NCBI GenBank assembly: GCA_046290465.1
Contig: JBKAGP010000001.1
Span: 3,680,001 to 3,744,000 of the forward strand
Length of the DNA: 64,000 nucleotides
Direction: 5' to 3'
DNA from: Planctomycetota bacterium
Lineage (GTDB): Bacteria; Planctomycetota; UBA1135; UBA2386
Shown: piece after piece, positions 58,399 through 64,000 of the stretch
Layout: each line of letters opens with the position of its first letter
Position numbering within the stretch: the stretch's first letter is position 1
Notes under the pieces: model-generated
The model's database searches: none
What the model was told of the DNA's origin: nothing
Seen by the model: only the letters and a program-made list of their open reading frames with translations
Translations under genes and position numbers: made by a program

Positions 58399-58430
58399 CC
58401 GTACGGTACCTGGTTCATCCTCCAACTTTC
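58393..58430. repeat. REP type B arm, 38 bp (partial second copy at 58452-58479)
   Basis: aagtagccgtacggtacctggttcatcctccaactttc; exact reverse complement of 60280-60317. Confidence 0.92.
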
Positions 58431-58481
58431 GCCGCCTCCGCCATCACGCGGAAGTTGCCGTACGGCACCTGGTTCACCCCA

Positions 58482-60194
58482 CTACTCCGGCGAACGAACG
58501 TCGAACACCACCGGCTTGCCGTCCTCGATCTCCACCGTCGCGACGCCTTGCATCCTCACGCGCGCCTGCAAGCTGGTCGAGACGACCACGTATTCGCCCG
58601 CCGCGACGAACGGCAGGCGGTATCGACCGTCGGCGCCGCTGGTGACGCGATAGGTCTGCCCCGGTCGCTGGCGACGCCGCCGGTCGAACGGCGGCATCAC
58701 CACCAGCTCGGCCAGGGCCGCCGGCGCGCCGTCGTCGTCGAAGACCACGCCGCTGAGTGCGGCGCCAGGATCGAACGCGAGCGGCTCGGGCTCGACGGTC
58801 TGCCCGGCGACGACGCGAACGCTGGCTCGCCCGATGCGGCCGTCGCTGCCGGTCGCGGTGATGCGGTAGTCGCCGGGCGGCAGCCCCGACAGCTCGATCC
58901 GGCCGCCGGCGTCGGCCGCGGTGACCACGCTCCCCGCGGTCGCGCCGCTGCGCGCGAGCACGACGTTCGCGGCAGCCAGGTAGCCGCCGTTCGGTGTGCG
59001 CAGGGTGCCGCGCAGTCGCCCGGCCGCAGCCGTGTCGAGGCGGAGCGGTTGGTCAGCGGATGACGTGACCGACAGCCAGCAGACGCCGTCGCCGCCCAGC
59101 CGCGTCTTCGGGATGCCGAGGTAGCGTTCGCTGGACAGCACGCCGACGTCGACGAGCACGCCCGGATAGATCGGCACCTCGATGCAGAACGTCCCGTCGT
59201 CGCCGCTCGGCACCGGCGCGCTGCGGCGACCTTCGAACAGCGACACCACCGGCACGCCGGCGAGCGGGCGACCGAGTTCGTCGACGACCTTGCCGTGCAT
59301 GACCGTTCTCGACGTCACGACCTTCTCCGGCAGCGGCTGCATCTCGAATCGAAGCCGCTGCTGGGAGCGCGGTGACAGGCGGATCACGACCGGCAGGCTC
59401 GACATGCCGGCGGCGTCGGCGCGCAGCTCTTCGCGGCTCGGGACCGGCCAGATCCGCGCGATGCCGTCGTCGCCGACCGCGGCCTCGCGCGCGCGGCGCG
59501 GCAGGCTGATGGCGTAGTCGCCGTAGGCCGATCGCTTCGGCGCGTAGAAGACCCTCGCGGCGCGGCCCTTCTCGATACCGCGCACCTCGACGACGCGCTG
59601 CTCGACGGCGGTCTTCGGCAGCTCGATCGCTACCGGAGCGGCGACGTCGTTCTCGAGCTGGACCGTGACGATCCCGAACCCCGGCTGGAACACCACGACG
59701 GCGACCCGGCGCAGCGGAGCAGCGTCGACCCGCCACCTGCCGGCCTCGTCGGTGGTCGTCTCCTGACTCCAGGCCAGGCACCGCGACTGCAGGCCGACCT
59801 CGCGAACGAGCACGTCGGCGCCGACGACGGGACTGCCGTCGGGCCATCGAACGACGCCCGCAACCGCGCGTCCATCGTCCAGCCGCAGCGTCGCCTGGCG
59901 ACGGCGCCCCCTGGACCCGACCTCGACGCCGCGCTGCACCTTGCCTTCGGCCTTCGCGTGCACGAACAGCTGGCCGAACGGCAGCCGCCGCAGCTGGTAG
60001 ATGCCGCTGCCGTCGGCGACCGTGCGCGCGACGACCTCGCCGTGCTCGTCGGTCACCCAGACGTCGGCGACCGGCACGGCCTCGTGCAGGGCATCCACGA
60101 CGCACCCGAACAGCATCGACTCGGGCCAGCCCTGCTGCGCCGGCGACGTCGTCGTCAGCAGCGCGAGCACGGGCACCATGCACGACCTCTTCAT
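58482..60194 (-). CDS. Exported protein with carboxypeptidase-regulatory-like (transthyretin-like) repeats
   Basis: Signal peptide and repeated G.V.D..G.P..G..V....T..DG.Y units. Confidence 0.82.
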   Translation of the reverse strand: MKRSCMVPVLALLTTTSPAQQGWPESMLFGCVVDALHEAVPVADVWVTDEHGEVVARTVADGSGIYQLRRLPFGQLFVHAKAEGKVQRGVEVGSRGRRRQATLRLDDGRAVAGVVRWPDGSPVVGADVLVREVGLQSRCLAWSQETTTDEAGRWRVDAAPLRRVAVVVFQPGFGIVTVQLENDVAAPVAIELPKTAVEQRVVEVRGIEKGRAARVFYAPKRSAYGDYAISLPRRAREAAVGDDGIARIWPVPSREELRADAAGMSSLPVVIRLSPRSQQRLRFEMQPLPEKVVTSRTVMHGKVVDELGRPLAGVPVVSLFEGRRSAPVPSGDDGTFCIEVPIYPGVLVDVGVLSSERYLGIPKTRLGGDGVCWLSVTSSADQPLRLDTAAAGRLRGTLRTPNGGYLAAANVVLARSGATAGSVVTAADAGGRIELSGLPPGDYRITATGSDGRIGRASVRVVAGQTVEPEPLAFDPGAALSGVVFDDDGAPAALAELVVMPPFDRRRRQRPGQTYRVTSGADGRYRLPFVAAGEYVVVSTSLQARVRMQGVATVEIEDGKPVVFDVRSPE

Positions 60195-60279
60195 CGGCAG
60201 CTCCTGTTCGCTCCGGCGACCGCGGCGTGCGGCCGTTGGTCAGCGAAGCAGCCGGGTCGGGATCTGGGTAGCCCCTCCT

Positions 60280-60317
60280 GAAAGTTGGAGGATGAACCAG
60301 GTACCGTACGGCTACTT
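60280..60317. repeat. REP type B arm, 38 bp, inverted
   Basis: Identical to the reverse complement of 58393-58430; overlaps the DUF420 stop codon. Confidence 0.92.
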
Positions 60318-60776
60318 TTGGGGGAGGTGGTAGAGGAGGAGGTAGATGACGACGCCGGTGATCGAGACGTAGAGCCAGATCGGCGTGGTGATCTTGGCCC
60401 ACTTCTTGTGGGCTTCGCGGCGGTCCTTGAGGCCGAGGTAGACCGTGCGCAGGATCAGCGGCACCTGCACGGCGGCGAGCACGATGTGCGAGATCAGCAG
60501 GGTGAAGTAGACCGGGCGGATGGCGCCCTCGCCCTGGAACTTCACCGATTCGCAGGTCGCGTGGTAGGTCAGGTAGCAGGCCAGGAACAGCGCCGACGTG
60601 CCGACGGCGGCCAGCATCAGCTTCTTGTGCAGCTCGACGTTGCCGCGCTTGATCGCGACCAGGCCGGCGCAGATCAGCACGAACGCGATCCCGTTGAGGA
60701 TCGCGTCGACATCGGCGAGGAAGCGGAAGTCGATCCCGCCGGGGCCCGGGGCGACGACGTCGAGCAGTGCGATCAT
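60312..60776 (-). CDS. DUF420 membrane protein
   Basis: HKKLM, FLACYLTYH, LLISHIVLA, HKKWA and IWLYVSITGV. Confidence 0.9.
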   Translation of the reverse strand: MIALLDVVAPGPGGIDFRFLADVDAILNGIAFVLICAGLVAIKRGNVELHKKLMLAAVGTSALFLACYLTYHATCESVKFQGEGAIRPVYFTLLISHIVLAAVQVPLILRTVYLGLKDRREAHKKWAKITTPIWLYVSITGVVIYLLLYHLPQK

Positions 60777-60780
60777 GGCA

Positions 60781-61542
60781 TCAGGCAGCGTCGCGCACGC
60801 TGCGGCGGGTGACGACGAAGGTGCCGAGCGCGAACGTCGCGACGGCGAACAGCGCGGTGCCGAGCAGGCAGACCGCGAACGACGGGCAGCCCGGCGCTTC
60901 GCCGTGCAGCGCATGCCGCAGCGAACCGACACCGTAGGTCATCGGATTGACGTGGCGGATCCAGCTGATCAGCCAGTGCGCCTTCTCGATCGGGAAGAAC
61001 GCGCCCGACAGCAGCAGCATCGGCATCAGGAACAGCATCATGATGCCGTGGTAGCCGGCGGCGCTGTCCATGAGCCAGGCGAGCACGAAGCCGAGCCCGG
61101 TCACCGCGACGGCCAGCAGCGCCAGCACGCCGAGGCCCATCAGCACGCGCACGAAGTCGAGTTCGATGCCCGCGAACGGCGCCAGCGCCAGGAACACCAC
61201 GGCCAGGCCGACGCCGAGCGTCGCGCCGCCGAGGATCTTGCCGAGCGCGATCGCGGCGCGCGGCACCGGCGACACCAGCACGCCCTGGAGGAAGCCCTCC
61301 TTGCGGTCCTCGATCACCGTGATGGTCGCGAAGATCGCCGTGAACAGCGTGATCATCGACAGCGTGCCGCTGAAGAAGTACTCGCTGTAGTCCATGCCGT
61401 TGAACTGCACGGAGCCGTGCAGCGCGCCGCTGAACAGCAGCCAGAAGATGATCGGCTGCATCAACGAACCGGTCAGCCGCGATCGGTCGCGCAGGAAGCG
61501 CACGATCTCACGGTGCCACAACGAGAAGACGGCCTTGCTCAT
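60781..61542 (-). CDS. ABC-2 type transporter permease
   Basis: REIVRFLRDRSR, EDRKEGFLQGVLVSP and SGAFFP. Confidence 0.9.
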   Translation of the reverse strand: MSKAVFSLWHREIVRFLRDRSRLTGSLMQPIIFWLLFSGALHGSVQFNGMDYSEYFFSGTLSMITLFTAIFATITVIEDRKEGFLQGVLVSPVPRAAIALGKILGGATLGVGLAVVFLALAPFAGIELDFVRVLMGLGVLALLAVAVTGLGFVLAWLMDSAAGYHGIMMLFLMPMLLLSGAFFPIEKAHWLISWIRHVNPMTYGVGSLRHALHGEAPGCPSFAVCLLGTALFAVATFALGTFVVTRRSVRDAA

Positions 61543-62501
61543 CGACGCCCCCTCTTCTTCTTGTTCTTGGGTTCTTCGGGTGCCGTGACGACGAAGCGCT
61601 TGCCGGTGCGCTGCAAGAACACGTCCTCGAGCGACGGGTGCGCGAGCTGCAGCCGGCGCACGGCGTCGCCCCAGCGCTTCATGATCTCGGGCACCAGCTC
61701 GTGAACGTTCTGGCCGTCGATGCGCAGCGTCTGGTCGAGCAAGGTCGCCTCGACCGACAGCTCGCGCTGCAGCTGCGCCTTGAGGTCCTCGGCGGTAGCC
61801 GACTCGATCTCGAGCACCTGCCCGCCGACCTCCTCCATCAGTTCGCCCGGGCGGCCGTGCGCGACCACGTCGCCCTCGTCGAGCAGCATCAGGCGGTCAG
61901 CTTCGGCGGCCTCCTCCATCAGGTGCGTCGTGAACAGCACCGTCAGCCCCTCCTGCGCGCGCAGCACCTTCCACATCTCGCGCCGCGCGGCCGGGTCGAG
62001 GCCGGTGCTGGCCTCGTCGAGCAGCACCAGGTCGGGCTGCGACAGCAGGCACTTGGCGATCTCGACGCGGCGGCGCAGGCCGCCCGACAGGTCCTCGACG
62101 TTGTCCTTGCGACGATCGCCCAGGTCGGCCGCGGCCAGGCACGCGTCGATGCGCTGCGACAGCTCGCTGCCACCGAGACCGAGCATCAGGCCGCCGTAGC
62201 GCAGGTTCTCCTGCACGGTCAGCTTCTTGTCGACGGCCGGCGACTGGAACACGACGCCGATGCGGCGACGGATCGCCGCGGCCTCGCGCGAGAGGTCGTG
62301 GCCGAGCATCGACACCGCCCCCTCCTGCAGCGGCACCAGCGTCGACAGCAGCTTGAACAACGTCGACTTGCCGGACCCGTTGGGGCCGAGGAAGCCGAAC
62401 GCAGCGCCGCTCTGGACCTCGAAGTCGACGCCGCGCAGCGCCTGCCGTTCGCCATAGGCGAACCGCACGCCGGACGCGGTGACAGCGGGTGTCGCACTCA
62501 T
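61539..62501 (-). CDS. ABC transporter ATP-binding protein
   Basis: GPNGSGKST, LSGG, LLDE and TTH. Confidence 0.93.
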   Translation of the reverse strand: MSATPAVTASGVRFAYGERQALRGVDFEVQSGAAFGFLGPNGSGKSTLFKLLSTLVPLQEGAVSMLGHDLSREAAAIRRRIGVVFQSPAVDKKLTVQENLRYGGLMLGLGGSELSQRIDACLAAADLGDRRKDNVEDLSGGLRRRVEIAKCLLSQPDLVLLDEASTGLDPAARREMWKVLRAQEGLTVLFTTHLMEEAAEADRLMLLDEGDVVAHGRPGELMEEVGGQVLEIESATAEDLKAQLQRELSVEATLLDQTLRIDGQNVHELVPEIMKRWGDAVRRLQLAHPSLEDVFLQRTGKRFVVTAPEEPKNKKKRGRR

Positions 62502-63433
62502 AGGCGCGTCCACACCATGGCGACGAACAACAGCGGCAGGTAGACGATCGACATGATGAAGGTCATGCGCATCGCGACGTCACGTCGGGTCAGCGCGGCG
62601 AACAGCGTAGGCACGAAGAACAGCACGTCGAGCAGAACCGCGATGACCGCGTAACGCTCGTCGCACATCTGGGTAACGTAGGGGATCAGGCTGGCGATAC
62701 CGAGGCCGCCCACGTAGAGCAGCATGGTGATGCCGGTGCGGTGGCCGGTCGGGTCGACCACCGGCAGCATCTGCATGCCGGCGCGCGCATAGTCCTCGCG
62801 GTAGCGCCACGCAATGGCGAGGAAGTGAGGGATCTGCCAGCAGAACAGGATCGCGAACAGCACCAGCTGCGGCATCGCCAGTTCGCCGGCGACCGCGGCG
62901 TGGCCGACGACCGGCGGCAGCGCCCCCGGGATCGCGCCGACCAGCGTGTTGAGCGGCGTGCGCGTCTTCATCGGCGTGTAGACCAACACGTAGCTGACCA
63001 CGATCAGCGCGCACAGGCCGGCGGCCGTCCAGTTCCACTGGCCCGGCGGACGCGAGCCGTCCGGCGCCAGCGGCGCGGCCCCGATCAGCACCAGCAGCAC
63101 GCCGAGCAGCGACGCCACCGCGCCGAAGATCAGCACGTTGCGCGGTTTCAGGCGGCCGCTCGGGATCGGCCGGCCCTGCGTGCGCTCCATCAGCGGATCG
63201 AGGTCGCGCTCGCGATACATGTTGAGCGCGGCCGCGCCCGCCGCCGCCAGGAAGTTGCCGAGCGTCGTGTAGATCAGCAGGTCGAGCGGCGGGTACGACG
63301 TCTTGGCCGGCCACGCCATGAACGCGCCCGCGACCACCGCGAACACCGCCAACGCCGACAGCCGCGGCTTGCCGAGCTCCCAGTAGGCGCGCAGCACGCC
63401 GGCGCTACCGGCGCTGCCTTCGGCGACGCTCAT
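62498..63433 (-). CDS. cyoE: Heme O synthase (protoheme IX farnesyltransferase)
   Basis: KPRL, NMYRERDLDPLMERTQGRPIPSG, GAIPGALPP and WQIPHF. Confidence 0.93.
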   Translation of the reverse strand: MSVAEGSAGSAGVLRAYWELGKPRLSALAVFAVVAGAFMAWPAKTSYPPLDLLIYTTLGNFLAAAGAAALNMYRERDLDPLMERTQGRPIPSGRLKPRNVLIFGAVASLLGVLLVLIGAAPLAPDGSRPPGQWNWTAAGLCALIVVSYVLVYTPMKTRTPLNTLVGAIPGALPPVVGHAAVAGELAMPQLVLFAILFCWQIPHFLAIAWRYREDYARAGMQMLPVVDPTGHRTGITMLLYVGGLGIASLIPYVTQMCDERYAVIAVLLDVLFFVPTLFAALTRRDVAMRMTFIMSIVYLPLLFVAMVWTRL

Positions 63434-64000
63434 GCCTGCTCCGGATGGCGGGTCGCCCGGAAGACGTGCGCTGCGAGCGCCGCCATCAGGGCGGTCAACA
63501 GGGCCCCGAGCAGAACGTGCACCGAGATCGTGATCGCAGCGCCGAGGCGGTCGACGTTCTCCGGCTGCTTGCCGGCCTCGTTGCGGATCGCCAGCGCGAC
63601 GAAGCCGAGCGCGATCTGCAGGATCAACAGGCCGATGATCGTCTGGGCGAGGCCCTTGATGCCCTGCGCCGCGCCGAGCTTGCCGACCGCGAACGCGGTC
63701 GCGATCGTGACCACCAGGAACACGACGAACGCGTTGCCGACGTGCGTCCACAGGGCATGCGGGCTGTTGGTGTGGCGCGCGATGGCGCCGAACACGGTCT
63801 GCAGCACCACGATCACGATGCCGACCACGGCCAGCTTGCGACCGGCACCCGGGCCGGCCTCGCGCACGACGGCGGTCGAGCGGTAGCGACCCGACAGCTG
63901 GTAGGCCAGCCAGCCGAACGTCGCCAGGATCAGCTGCGCCAGCGTGCCGTGGGTGACCGAGCTCGCGGCCGGCAGGTTGTTGAGCACGCCCGTGCCGCCG
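63430..64000 (-). CDS. ctaA: Heme A synthase family protein (COX15/CtaA), 5' end outside the window
   Basis: HGTLAQ, LQTVFGAIARH, QIALG and H.LLGA; directly upstream of cyoE. Confidence 0.75.
   Translation of the reverse strand, partial: GGTGVLNNLPAASSVTHGTLAQLILATFGWLAYQLSGRYRSTAVVREAGPGAGRKLAVVGIVIVVLQTVFGAIARHTNSPHALWTHVGNAFVVFLVVTIATAFAVGKLGAAQGIKGLAQTIIGLLILQIALGFVALAIRNEAGKQPENVDRLGAAITISVHVLLGALLTALMAALAAHVFRATRHPEQA

Noticed and set aside
54586..58425. 1279-aa minus-strand ORF (likewise 19126-22275, 29541-31382, 4123-6096)
   Set aside because: Antisense shadows of well-supported genes with no motifs of their own.

Overview
High-GC bacterial chromosomal window. A Planctomycetota origin (OM190/UBA1135-like) is my inference from the GroEL, ASPIC/FG-GAP and secreted-protein types. 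From left to right it contains: (1) the edge of a lower-GC island at the 3' end of tRNA-Val(TAC), carrying a GNAT+PIN fusion gene that the ORF track misses; (2) an ECF sigma/TPR/lipoprotein unit, plsC, xdhC, sprT and a tandem pair of paralogous membrane proteins; (3) a kynU-kynB-ridA operon; (4) an accessory signalling block at about 11-25.6 kb with a frameshifted secreted gene, cheA-cheW-PAS-MCP-cheB-cheR without cheY, a FixJ-type regulator, a beta-propeller sensor kinase and an XRE/zinc-ribbon three-gene operon; (5) a receiver-domain gene followed by groES-groEL; (6) divergent sigma54-type promoters driving DUF1328 and a lipoprotein-mscS-ykgJ unit; (7) an EboF-like phosphodiesterase, an ASPIC/UnbV protein and an AI-2E transporter; (8) a porin/small periplasmic protein/MCP module; (9) nif3, an M16 peptidase pair, rluB, manA and a YfcC transporter with an inserted XRE HTH; (10) recN, a secreted trypsin-like protease, gdhA and the end of a heme A/heme O biogenesis operon. 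There are two families of dispersed palindromic repeats. One is an 87-bp CTAG-bounded element in 3 copies. The other is a 35-38 bp REP/BIME-like family, two identical copies of which flank one gene as inverted repeats. Functional calls rest on motif recognition only; no database searches were run.
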